64,000 nt of DNA from contig JAZLBZ010000017.1 in NCBI GenBank assembly GCA_045613945.1, forward strand, positions 41,703-105,702. Direction: 5' to 3'. Within the stretch, counting starts at the first letter, position 1. The number at the start of each line of letters is the position of its first letter. The notes beneath the pieces are model-generated. The model saw nothing but the letters and a program-made list of their open reading frames with translations, was not told where the DNA came from and made no database searches. A program made the translations under genes and the position numbers. Positions 35,799-44,512 of this stretch are shown here, piece after piece. Source of the stretch: Bacteroidaceae bacterium. Its GTDB lineage: Bacteria > Bacteroidota > Bacteroidia > Bacteroidales > Bacteroidaceae.

Positions 35799-36092
35799 TT
35801 AATAGTAATGCTCGATATTCCAGACAAATGCTCTCAGACCAAGCATCTCTGCGCTTTCGTCAATCTTCTTGAGCGCGGCCAACAGTTTCTCAACAATTGC
35901 ATCGTCAACCATTGTGATGATGCCCGAGTTCATTGATGCCCAGGCGTGTGTGCCATAGTGTGGCTCGCCGGTCTTGCTGCCACGTCCCTGCAACTGCTCA
36001 ATGAATGAAAAACCACGACAATTGAGCCTGTCGAGTGTGCTGATGACAGCATCCTTGTGTGCCTGGTCAAATGCTATAAATACACCTTTCAT
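35799..36092 (-). CDS. Small P-II/DUF3240-like transporter-associated protein trailing the RND pump
   Basis: 97 aa. MKGVFIAFDQAHKDAVISTLDRLNCRGFSFIEQLQGRGSKTGEPH... has a ferredoxin-like beta-alpha-beta pattern. Last gene of the efflux operon. Confidence 0.5.
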   Translation of the reverse strand: MKGVFIAFDQAHKDAVISTLDRLNCRGFSFIEQLQGRGSKTGEPHYGTHAWASMNSGIITMVDDAIVEKLLAALKKIDESAEMLGLRAFVWNIEHYY

Positions 36093-36112
36093 AAATATTC
36101 CTTGTTATTTGG

Positions 36113-36138
36113 TTCCGGGGTGGGGGACCACCCCGGAA
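36113..36138 (-). terminator. Intra-operon GC-rich hairpin between the RND gene and the small P-II-like gene
   Basis: ttccggggtgg-ggga-ccaccccggaa forms an 11-bp perfect stem. Confidence 0.45.
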
Positions 36139-36150
36139 ATTGTTCTTATC

Positions 36151-39100
36151 TTATTTTTTTGCGTTGATGAGCATCTCCTCGCTCTTGTGCTCGTTCCAGT
36201 ACTGCTCAAGTTCGCGCTGCTCCCTGAGTTTCTTGCGGTTACGCTTGATACCGTTGCTGCCGAAGATGCAGTACATCACAGGGGTGTAGACCAGTGTCAT
36301 GATGGTAGATATTGTAAGACCACCGATAACGGCAACACCAAGAGGACGCCACATCTCGGCACCCACACCCTGGCTTGTTGCCAATGGAACCATACCGAGG
36401 ATGGTGGTGAGGGTTGTCATGAGAATAGGACGCAGACGGCTTCGTGCAGCACGTACGGTTGCAGGGATGATACCCAGTCCGCGTCCACGCAACAACATTG
36501 TGTAGTCAATGAGCACGATACCGTTCTTTACAACAATACCGATGAGCATAATTGCACCGAGTATTGACATGATGTTCATTGTTGTTCCGGTGATGTAGAG
36601 TGCGAGCAATACACCTGTCAAGGCAAACGGAACAGAGAACATAATGATGAACGGATATGTGAGTGACTCGAACTGTGCGGCCATCACAATGAATACCAGG
36701 ATGATGATGAGGATTGCAAGCACTCCCATGTCTGCATTTGATTCCTGTTGGTCTTCGTATGAACCGGCAACCTGTATTGTGTAGCCGCTTGGGATGTCCA
36801 TCTTCTCAATCTCAGCAAGAGCAAAACTTACACCGTCGCTAAGCGCTGCACCGGCTGCCATAACAGCATCAACGGTGACTATACGTGAACGGTCTTTGCG
36901 CTCAATGGTTGGCGGTGTTTCGCGCTGCACCACTTTGCCCACCTCCTTAATGCGCACGGGAGCACCGGTGCTTGAGTAGAGGACAATGTTCTCAATGTCG
37001 GCAATGCTTGTACGGTAGTCGATGTCGTAACGCACCTTTACATCGTACTCGTCACCATCCTCGCGGAAGTATGTTGCCAAGGCACCGTTGTATCTGTTGC
37101 GCAGGAATGTGGCCGCAGTGCTCAGGTTAAGTCCGTGCATAGCCAATTTCTCGCGGTCGAACTCAACCTGATATTCGGGCTGATATGCACCACGACTGAT
37201 GTTTATCTGTGATATGAGGTCGAGGTTGTTGCTGAGTCTTCTCTTGAGTTCTGCCGCAAGGCTGTCGGTGATGGCAAAGTCGTGTCCGTAAATCTCGAAC
37301 GATGCCTTGCTTTCGCCGCCCATACCGCCGTTACCGCCAAGCGTTACTCGGCTACGCGCAATTTCGGGCATAAGTCTGATGTCGGCACGCATCTCGTCAC
37401 AAATTACAGCCAACTTCCTTTCGCGCTCTGTTACTGGGACGAATCTCAGGTTGAAACTGATGATGTGTGAACCGTTGTCGCTCATTGATGCAAACGCATT
37501 CTCATCATCGGCCTGACCCACGCGGAAGTTACAAACAACCAAATCATCGGCATATCTCTTTTTCCAAATGTCGGTGAGTTGCAATGCAACCTCCTGCGCC
37601 TTCTCCACTCGTGTACCTATTGGCAACTCAAGTGTCGCACTTGCGCTACCGCTATCCTGTGAAGGGAAGAACTCGCTCTTTATGTGTGGGAATGTGAACA
37701 AACTTGCAATAAAGATACCGAAGCAGACAAAGAGTACTGTCCAACGGTGACGCACGGCCCAGTTGATGCGTTTTGCATACCAGTTGTCGAGTTTATCCAA
37801 AGCACGGCCTATAGGTGTGTAGAATATCTTGAAGAATTTGCTCTGTTTCTTTTTCAGTTTCAGCATCTGTGAACACATCATTGGGATAAGTGTCAGCGCT
37901 GAGACTGTTGAAACCACCATGATGACACACATCATCCAACCCAACTGCTTGAACAACACTCCGGCCATACCGGTAATCATTGTCAGCGGGAAGAACACGG
38001 CAAGCATGGTCAATGTAGAGGCAATAACCGAAATGGCAACCTCGTTTGTACCATGTACGGCTGCACTCTTGGGGCTTGAACCGCGCTCAATGTGGGTGGT
38101 TACGTTCTCAAGTACCACAATGGCGTCGTCCACAACGTTACCGATAGCAATACTAAGACATGAAAGTGAAATAACGTTCAGCGAACCGTCTGAAATGAGC
38201 AGGTAGATGAACGATGCGATGAGTGAGAACGGAATTGTGATACCGATAATCACTGTTGCTCTCCAACGTCCCAGGAAGATGAACACAATGAGCATAACGA
38301 ATACAAGAGCGTATGCAATTGTTTCGCCAAGTGCCTTTACTGTCATCTTGATGTTGTCCGATGTATCCTGGATGATACCTATTTCAATGTCCGAAGGCAG
38401 GCGTTTCTGCAACTCGGGCAACTTCTCGCGCACTGCGTCGGCAATGTTCACCGAGTTACCGCCCGATTGCTTCTGGATGATAATCATAGCACCCTGCTGG
38501 CCGTCGGTGAACGCTTTCTGAGCGCGCTCCTCTGTGCCGTCAACAACGCGTGCAATATCCTTCAAGTATACATTGGCACCGTTGTATGTACCCACAACAA
38601 TGTCATTCATCTCCTGTGGCGATTTGAACTCGCCCTCAACACGCAATGGGTATGTGTTGTTACCGATGTCGAAACTACCGCCGGGCATGTTTCTGTTCTC
38701 GGCACCTATCTTTGAACTCACTGTCTCGATGGTGATGTTGTAAGCCTCCATCTTTTCAGGGTTCATGTAGACGTTGATTTCACGCTTTGGAGCACCGGCG
38801 ATAGACACGGTGCCCACACCGTCGATACGTGCAAGCGGGTTGACGATGTTCTCGTCAAGAATCTTGTATAGCGCAGGCAGGCTCTCGTTTGCTTTTACCG
38901 AGAGCATCATGATAGGCATCATGTCCGATGAGAACTTGAAAATGATGGGGTTACCCACCTCATCGGGCAAGGCCGAGGTTACCATGTTTAGTTTATCGCG
39001 CACATCATTAGTGAGATCGTCGATGTCATAACCATATTCGAACTCAAGTGTTATCAATGATATATTCTCGCGTGACTTTGATGTAATGTGCTTGAGGTGC

Positions 39101-39324
39101 TCAACCGAGTTGAGAGTGTTCTCGAGCGGACGCGACACGTTTGTCTCGATATCGGACGAACTTGCACCGGCATAACTTGTGATAACCATTATGGTGTTTG
39201 TCTCGATATCCGGCATAAGGTCAATTGGCAACTTCGTGAAAGAGAAGATACCGAATATTACAACCGCAATAAAGCATAGTGCGGTCATAATAGGCCTTTT
39301 TACAGCACTTTCATATACACTCAT
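36151..39324 (-). CDS. RND efflux transporter permease (AcrB/HAE1-like)
   Basis: 1057 aa, 12-TM architecture with two large periplasmic loops. Typical N-terminus RPIMTALCFIAVVIFGIFSFTKLPIDLMPD. Confidence 0.9.
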   Translation of the reverse strand: MSVYESAVKRPIMTALCFIAVVIFGIFSFTKLPIDLMPDIETNTIMVITSYAGASSSDIETNVSRPLENTLNSVEHLKHITSKSRENISLITLEFEYGYDIDDLTNDVRDKLNMVTSALPDEVGNPIIFKFSSDMMPIMMLSVKANESLPALYKILDENIVNPLARIDGVGTVSIAGAPKREINVYMNPEKMEAYNITIETVSSKIGAENRNMPGGSFDIGNNTYPLRVEGEFKSPQEMNDIVVGTYNGANVYLKDIARVVDGTEERAQKAFTDGQQGAMIIIQKQSGGNSVNIADAVREKLPELQKRLPSDIEIGIIQDTSDNIKMTVKALGETIAYALVFVMLIVFIFLGRWRATVIIGITIPFSLIASFIYLLISDGSLNVISLSCLSIAIGNVVDDAIVVLENVTTHIERGSSPKSAAVHGTNEVAISVIASTLTMLAVFFPLTMITGMAGVLFKQLGWMMCVIMVVSTVSALTLIPMMCSQMLKLKKKQSKFFKIFYTPIGRALDKLDNWYAKRINWAVRHRWTVLFVCFGIFIASLFTFPHIKSEFFPSQDSGSASATLELPIGTRVEKAQEVALQLTDIWKKRYADDLVVCNFRVGQADDENAFASMSDNGSHIISFNLRFVPVTERERKLAVICDEMRADIRLMPEIARSRVTLGGNGGMGGESKASFEIYGHDFAITDSLAAELKRRLSNNLDLISQINISRGAYQPEYQVEFDREKLAMHGLNLSTAATFLRNRYNGALATYFREDGDEYDVKVRYDIDYRTSIADIENIVLYSSTGAPVRIKEVGKVVQRETPPTIERKDRSRIVTVDAVMAAGAALSDGVSFALAEIEKMDIPSGYTIQVAGSYEDQQESNADMGVLAILIIILVFIVMAAQFESLTYPFIIMFSVPFALTGVLLALYITGTTMNIMSILGAIMLIGIVVKNGIVLIDYTMLLRGRGLGIIPATVRAARSRLRPILMTTLTTILGMVPLATSQGVGAEMWRPLGVAVIGGLTISTIMTLVYTPVMYCIFGSNGIKRNRKKLREQRELEQYWNEHKSEEMLINAKK

Positions 39325-39348
39325 ATTGTTATGTTTTTATTGTGTTTT

Positions 39349-40359
39349 TTACTTTATTACTTCAACTTCAATACCGTCTGAGAGGTTGTCAATACCGGCA
39401 ACAACCACTGTTGCACCGTTCTCTACGCCTGAAATCAACTCATAACGGTCACCCAATCTGCGGCCAAGAACAACCTTGTTGTGCTTTACTTTGCCGTTCT
39501 CGTATGTGTAGACATAGAAGTCGCCGCTACCGGTCTGTTTCTTCACTGCCATGTCAGGTACAACTACGTGCTCTTTTGAACCGAAGTTTACAATTGCTTT
39601 ACCATACATACCCGGGCGAACCTTGTAATTGGTGTTTTCAACCTCAAGTTCAACAGGGAATGTGTGTGTGGTTGCGTTGATTGTCGGGTAAATAATCTTT
39701 ATCTTGCCGTTGAACTCCTCGCTGCCGTATGCATCGAATACCAGTTTTACGTCCAAGTCCTTTGTGGTGTTTGCATAGTATGATTCGCTGATGTTAATCT
39801 TCATCTTCACCGGAGAAATCTGCTCTACAACAAGTACTGGCTGGCCGTTGTACATGTCGCCATTGTCATAGTTGCGTGCTGAGATGACACCATCAATAGG
39901 GCTGACGAGTACAGTATTTTCGAGACGGCTGTCAATTGTCTTGCGTGTCACGTCGAGCTGTGTCTTTGCATTCTCGTAATCGGCCTTTGCAATGCCACCT
40001 ACCTTGTACAACTCTTCAATGCGCTCAAAATCTCTTTTCTGGAACTCAAATTGGAGATTAAGTTTGTCAAGGTCCTTAGCATCGAGTTGAACAAGTTTGT
40101 CACCCTTCTTTACGTTATCACCAACCTCAACGAAAATCTTTTCGATTCTCAAAGGAGAGTTTGGGATAATACTGTTCTTTACTTTAGCCTCCACTGTTGT
40201 CGAATACTCCTCGAGTTGTGGAACGGCTTCAGTTGTTACTTTTGCTACCTTTACCACAGGTTTAGCCTCGCTCTTCACCTCTGCAACCTGCTCTGTCTTG
40301 CCGCAAGAGCACAAAACCGCCAATGCAGCCATTGCAATGAATTTCAAATTCTTTTTCAT
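39349..40359 (-). CDS. RND efflux periplasmic adaptor (membrane fusion protein)
   Basis: Lipoprotein-like signal (ALAVLCSCG), coiled-coil hairpin and beta-barrel motifs. Positioned between the TolC and RND genes. Confidence 0.85.
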   Translation of the reverse strand: MKKNLKFIAMAALAVLCSCGKTEQVAEVKSEAKPVVKVAKVTTEAVPQLEEYSTTVEAKVKNSIIPNSPLRIEKIFVEVGDNVKKGDKLVQLDAKDLDKLNLQFEFQKRDFERIEELYKVGGIAKADYENAKTQLDVTRKTIDSRLENTVLVSPIDGVISARNYDNGDMYNGQPVLVVEQISPVKMKINISESYYANTTKDLDVKLVFDAYGSEEFNGKIKIIYPTINATTHTFPVELEVENTNYKVRPGMYGKAIVNFGSKEHVVVPDMAVKKQTGSGDFYVYTYENGKVKHNKVVLGRRLGDRYELISGVENGATVVVAGIDNLSDGIEVEVIK

Positions 40360-40377
40360 ATATCTGTGTTTTTTTAT

Positions 40378-41712
40378 TTATTCTATTCCAAGTACTTTGT
40401 TTAAATCTGATTTCGCTACCAGATAGTCATAGATTGTGTTGTTATATGACAATCTTGTGTTTGTGAGTGACACCTGTGAGTTTGTGAGTTCAAGGATTGT
40501 GCCCTTGCCAATGTCGTAACGTTTCTGGCTAATCTCAAGTCCTTTTTCTGCAAGTTCTACTGCAGCCTTGTTGCTCTGCAACTGCTCGGCGCTTGCAGTC
40601 ATGTTGTCAATGTAACTTTGTGCCTGCATGCCCAACATACGCTCTGTGTTTGTCCTTGTCTCAATGAGTTGTGTCTGCTGTATCTTGTTTGTCTTGAGGC
40701 TTGAGAAATTTGAAGCCTTGTAGAGCGGGATGCTCAGTGACAAGGTTACAGATGCTGCATCGCTCCAGTTGAATTTGCTCAAGTTCCAGTTTGTGTTTGA
40801 TATTGACTGGTACTGGTAACTACCTACAAGTGCAAGTGTAGGCTGGAATGATGTCTGGAGCATTTTGCGCTGTTTGAGCAGGAGCTCGCTCTGCAGGTCA
40901 ATCTGCTTTAGTGATGAGTTGTTGCTCAAGTCAATCTCAGTGGTGAGTGCGCTGCTCATCTCTCCCTCGTAGTTCTTGAGGTTGTCGGTAATCACAAACT
41001 TTACGTCGGCTGTAATACCCATGAGCACCTTGAGTTGCAACTGTGCAAGTTCAACGCCGTTCTTACCGCTTACAACCGATGGCCATGCATTGTTTTTCTG
41101 TACCTCGGCATTGATTTTGTCATATTCGCTCACTCTTCCCTGCTCGAACATCTTATTTACGATGTCAAAATTAGCCTCGGCAAGTTTAAAGTTCTCAAGT
41201 AACACCTCGTATGAGTCCTGTGCGAGCATCAACTGGTAGTATGCCTTTGTCACCTGGTTGATGAGGTCAATCTTTGAACCGCGACTCTTTTCGAGCGCAA
41301 GTTGCAGGTCGCTCTCGGAGAGGCTCATGGCCTTGTATACGGCAGGGGCATAAAGAGGAATAGCAACCTGAAGGGCGGCATTCCAAGTGTTTGAATCGTC
41401 CTTGCCCATCTTGAGTTCCCTGACAATACCGTCGCCCATATCAACCTTCATGCCGGCAACCTTTATGTTGTACTGGATTGCACCGTCAAGGGTTACCGAT
41501 GGCAAAAGGTTTTGCCATGCTTCGGATTTTGACACCTCCTTCAATTCAATCTCTTTCTCGGCAACCTTCATTGTGGGGTTGTCACTCAAAGCAAGTTCAA
41601 TAGCCTTGTCGAGTGTAATCTGCATCGTTGGGATGTTCTCCTGTGCGTTTGCTGTGAACGCGAACGCGGCCAGCAACGCTGCAATTGTCATTAATCGCAT
41701 CTTCATCTTCAT
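40378..41712 (-). CDS. TolC-family outer-membrane efflux channel
   Basis: Signal peptide. Duplicated OEP repeats (LTLDKAIELALSDNPTMK..., AEANFDIVNKMFEQGRVSEYD..., LEISQKRYDIGKGTILEL). Confidence 0.85.
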   Translation of the reverse strand: MKMKMRLMTIAALLAAFAFTANAQENIPTMQITLDKAIELALSDNPTMKVAEKEIELKEVSKSEAWQNLLPSVTLDGAIQYNIKVAGMKVDMGDGIVRELKMGKDDSNTWNAALQVAIPLYAPAVYKAMSLSESDLQLALEKSRGSKIDLINQVTKAYYQLMLAQDSYEVLLENFKLAEANFDIVNKMFEQGRVSEYDKINAEVQKNNAWPSVVSGKNGVELAQLQLKVLMGITADVKFVITDNLKNYEGEMSSALTTEIDLSNNSSLKQIDLQSELLLKQRKMLQTSFQPTLALVGSYQYQSISNTNWNLSKFNWSDAASVTLSLSIPLYKASNFSSLKTNKIQQTQLIETRTNTERMLGMQAQSYIDNMTASAEQLQSNKAAVELAEKGLEISQKRYDIGKGTILELTNSQVSLTNTRLSYNNTIYDYLVAKSDLNKVLGIE

Positions 41713-41714
41713 AA

Positions 41715-42362
41715 CTATTCTATTATTGTTTCGTTTCTCTTTAGGTATTCTTCAATAATCATCTGCCCTTTGGGGGTTGAGATTCCTCTAAGGTAAAAAA
41801 GGATAAGCTTGCGTCCCAGTTCGTCGGGAGTGTACTTGCTCAGTTCGGTGTGTCCGGTCTGCATCTTTACCTCGAGGATAGTGGTGAGGTCTCGCTTTAT
41901 GATAAATGTCAGGATATCAAAGTCGGCATCCTCGCGGAAGAGTCCCTGCTGTCGTCCCATCTCCATCCAAGCACTGAATTTTTTTGTATTCTGCGCTTCC
42001 TTGTTCTGTCTTTCCTTGCAGATTCTCGGATATTTGTTGAGTTCGGCGAAGAACTTGTTGTTTACCTTCTTCAGCAATTCAAAATGGAGTTTGTATAGCT
42101 TTAGGATAATCTCAAGAATATGCGACGAACTGCGTATTACCTCCCTGCCATTCTCGCACATCTTGTCGTTCTGATATTTCAGTACTTCAAGCAGCAGTTC
42201 CTCCTTGTCGTTGAAAAGTTCGTATATGGTACGTTTTGATATTGAGAGCCTTGCTGCAATGTCGTCCATCTTTACATCCTTGATACCAAGTTCAATGAAC
42301 ATTGTATGCGCTGTCTCAACAATTAACTTGTGTATCTCCTTCTTCGTGCTGTTTTCCTTCAC
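41715..42362 (-). CDS. TetR/AcrR-family transcriptional regulator
   Basis: N-terminal HTH FIELGIKDVKMDDIAARLSISKRTIYELFNDKEELL. GTG start. First gene of the efflux operon. Confidence 0.8.
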   Translation of the reverse strand: MKENSTKKEIHKLIVETAHTMFIELGIKDVKMDDIAARLSISKRTIYELFNDKEELLLEVLKYQNDKMCENGREVIRSSSHILEIILKLYKLHFELLKKVNNKFFAELNKYPRICKERQNKEAQNTKKFSAWMEMGRQQGLFREDADFDILTFIIKRDLTTILEVKMQTGHTELSKYTPDELGRKLILFYLRGISTPKGQMIIEEYLKRNETIIE

Positions 42363-42555
42363 TTTCTATCCCTAAATTATTTTACGTTGCAAAGATACTG
42401 CGAAAACTTGATTGCTGCAAAAAGTTTTCGTGGTAAATTACGGAAATTTTTCAATATTTAACTATTTGGCAGTTTTATTGCTTTTTAGAGTTATGATAAT
42501 GGAAATTAGCCCGCCAAAATGACATTTGGCGGGCAATTGCAACGGTATTGTAGAT

Positions 42556-42846
42556 TTATGTTCCTTTTTGAAAATAGGTTTTTAAAGCCTCAATATAATC
42601 TTCAAAAGCCTTTAGTCCGGTAGTGGTTATGCGGCAGACTGTGTGCGGTTTCTTTCCCCTGAAGTACTTTTCAACTTCAATGTACCCGGCAATTGAGAGT
42701 TTGTCAATCTGCACGCTCAGGTTGCCGGCAGTGGCTCCGGTTGTCTCGCGAAGATAGACAAAGTCAGCCTCTTCGCAGTTTACAAGAACTGACATCACTG
42801 CCAGGCGAAGTTCGGAATGGAGTAGTGGGTCGAGTTTCTTGAACAT
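42556..42846 (-). CDS. Small winged-helix transcriptional regulator
   Basis: LHSELRLAVMSVLVNCEEADFVYLRETTGATAGNLSVQIDKLSIAGYIEVEK is a wHTH (ArsR/MarR-like) pattern. 96 aa. Confidence 0.7.
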   Translation of the reverse strand: MFKKLDPLLHSELRLAVMSVLVNCEEADFVYLRETTGATAGNLSVQIDKLSIAGYIEVEKYFRGKKPHTVCRITTTGLKAFEDYIEALKTYFQKGT

Positions 42847-42850
42847 CCTG

Positions 42851-43429
42851 TTATTTTGCTTTTTTATTCATTATATATCCCGGAATAATCAGGTTCAGGA
42901 TTGCTGCTGCAGCAAACAACAACGCGGCATCCCATCTCTCTACAAAGAAAAGTGCTATTGTGCAGCCAATTCCGGTTATCAATCCACCGGCAGTAATGTA
43001 GTTGTTCTTCAGTGCTATGCCTGTCATTGTCGCAGCAAATCCAAGCAGCACCGCTGTCAGGTATCCGCTGAATTCAGGCCTGATGAATGCAAATGCTGTT
43101 GCAAGCAGTGTTGCAAATATACCATATACAATCCAAATATTACCAACCAAATTGCTTATAAATGTTGCAGATAGTTCTTTTTTCTCACCTTTTGACGTGA
43201 TGAGCGACAATGGCCATCCAACAACAGGGATTCCGAACCACAGGAAATTCCAGTTTGCATTGTTTGTCTCTTTAAGTATAAACCATATCAGTAATGAAAA
43301 GGTAAATACAATGCAGCCCCATGTAACCAAAGGGGTGCCTGCGTTCTTTTCAAAATCTCTCCTGCTTTTTGCGATTGCTTCGCTAATAATCTGAAGGCTC
43401 TTCTCGGGTGTCATGTTCTTTGTTTCCAT
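42851..43429 (-). CDS. Membrane protein (about 5 TM helices) co-transcribed with the wHTH regulator
   Basis: ATG start, 4-nt gap to the downstream regulator gene, hydrophobic helices throughout. Confidence 0.6.
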   Translation of the reverse strand: METKNMTPEKSLQIISEAIAKSRRDFEKNAGTPLVTWGCIVFTFSLLIWFILKETNNANWNFLWFGIPVVGWPLSLITSKGEKKELSATFISNLVGNIWIVYGIFATLLATAFAFIRPEFSGYLTAVLLGFAATMTGIALKNNYITAGGLITGIGCTIALFFVERWDAALLFAAAAILNLIIPGYIMNKKAK

Positions 43430-43594
43430 AATAAAAGGTATTTAATTATTGTTCCATAAGCATTTTGAAACGTATTGTGCTTGCCGCCACTGCTCCTCGG
43501 ACCATTCTTCAATGGAGAAGCGCATCACAGAAAGACGACCTGTATGCAAATGTCAATGCAGTACAACTGTCCCTCAAAAGAGGGACGAGCAACA

Positions 43595-43628
43595 ATGTTG
43601 CGCGGGGGGGCAACATGCCGTTTTTTTT
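43595..43628 (+). terminator. Orphan plus-strand intrinsic-terminator-like element
   Basis: atgttgc-gcgggggg-gcaacat then gccg and T8. No plus-strand gene lies upstream. Confidence 0.35.
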
Positions 43629-43880
43629 GATCTGACCCCTAACTTTTTTTGTATAACTTTTGGGGGCACTTCATTTCAGGTTTCTATCCCTGTTTTTTAC
43701 AATCCTTTTTCCGTTTGCTCGCTACAAATATAAACAAGTTTATAATATAAACCAAGTTTGCTTGCATTTTTTTTCCTGGTAAGAGTTTTTCAACTCAAAT
43801 CATCCTACTTTTTTGTTCAGGTAACCCATTTTTTGTGGGGGAAGGGTGCTACAATGTGTGTATAGGTGTGTATTGAAATG

Positions 43881-43919
43881 ACACAGCGTACTTGCCTACA
43901 AAAGGCAAGTACGCTGTGT
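43881..43919 (-). terminator. Terminator of the secA operon
   Basis: acacagcgtacttgcc-tacaaaa-ggcaagtacgctgtgt forms a 16-bp perfect stem, about 130 nt downstream of the gene ending at 44050. Confidence 0.65.
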
Positions 43920-44049
43920 TGATGTTTTGAAAATTACTCAGTAATTTTTTGTGTTCTGCCTCGCTGCTTACACCCCGTCCCGGCATGAACTTTGTCCATG
44001 CTGCGTGCGACCAATTGCTGCTCGGCTTGTCGATGCTTTCCTAAAGGAG

Positions 44050-44484
44050 TTACTCTTCGAGCAACTCCTTTAGGAAAGCGTTCATCTCCTCGTCGAATCC
44101 TTCGAGCAGGTCGGCGCTGAGGATGAGTGTGTCGTCGTCAATGATAAGCAGGTCCACAATCGACTGGTCGTCCTCGTCGGTCAATACAAAAGAGTAGGGT
44201 TTTACGACATTGAGGCTGTCGAATGTTCCTTCGCGGTGCATCTTGGTAAGCACGTTCTGCAGTTCCTTTTCATAGACGGCATCGTTGTGCTCTCCCTCCC
44301 ATTCTTTAATATGTACGCGCGCGAGGCTGTTGTCGTCATCGTCAAAGATGGCGAGTTCGCCATTTTCCCCATTTACCTTGATATGGAAATCGGTAACCTT
44401 GCTCTCCTCTGCAGAAATGTATTTGCTTGCCATCTTCTTGATGGCGCTCTGCAGTGTCTCTTGTGTTTCTCTGCTTAATGACAT
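44050..44484 (-). CDS. Hypothetical acidic protein (144 aa) downstream of secA
   Basis: Clean ORF with ATG start, 28 nt after the secA stop, very acidic C-terminus. I recognised no family. Confidence 0.55.
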   Translation of the reverse strand: MSLSRETQETLQSAIKKMASKYISAEESKVTDFHIKVNGENGELAIFDDDDNSLARVHIKEWEGEHNDAVYEKELQNVLTKMHREGTFDSLNVVKPYSFVLTDEDDQSIVDLLIIDDDTLILSADLLEGFDEEMNAFLKELLEE

Positions 44485-44512
44485 ATTCCGTTATTTTAAT
44501 GTTGGACCAATT

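Noticed and set aside
43449-43733. 94-aa Cys-rich ORF on the plus strand.
   Set aside because: It has low-complexity composition, runs through homopolymer tracts and a terminator-like hairpin, and has no plausible promoter. It more likely lies in non-coding DNA.
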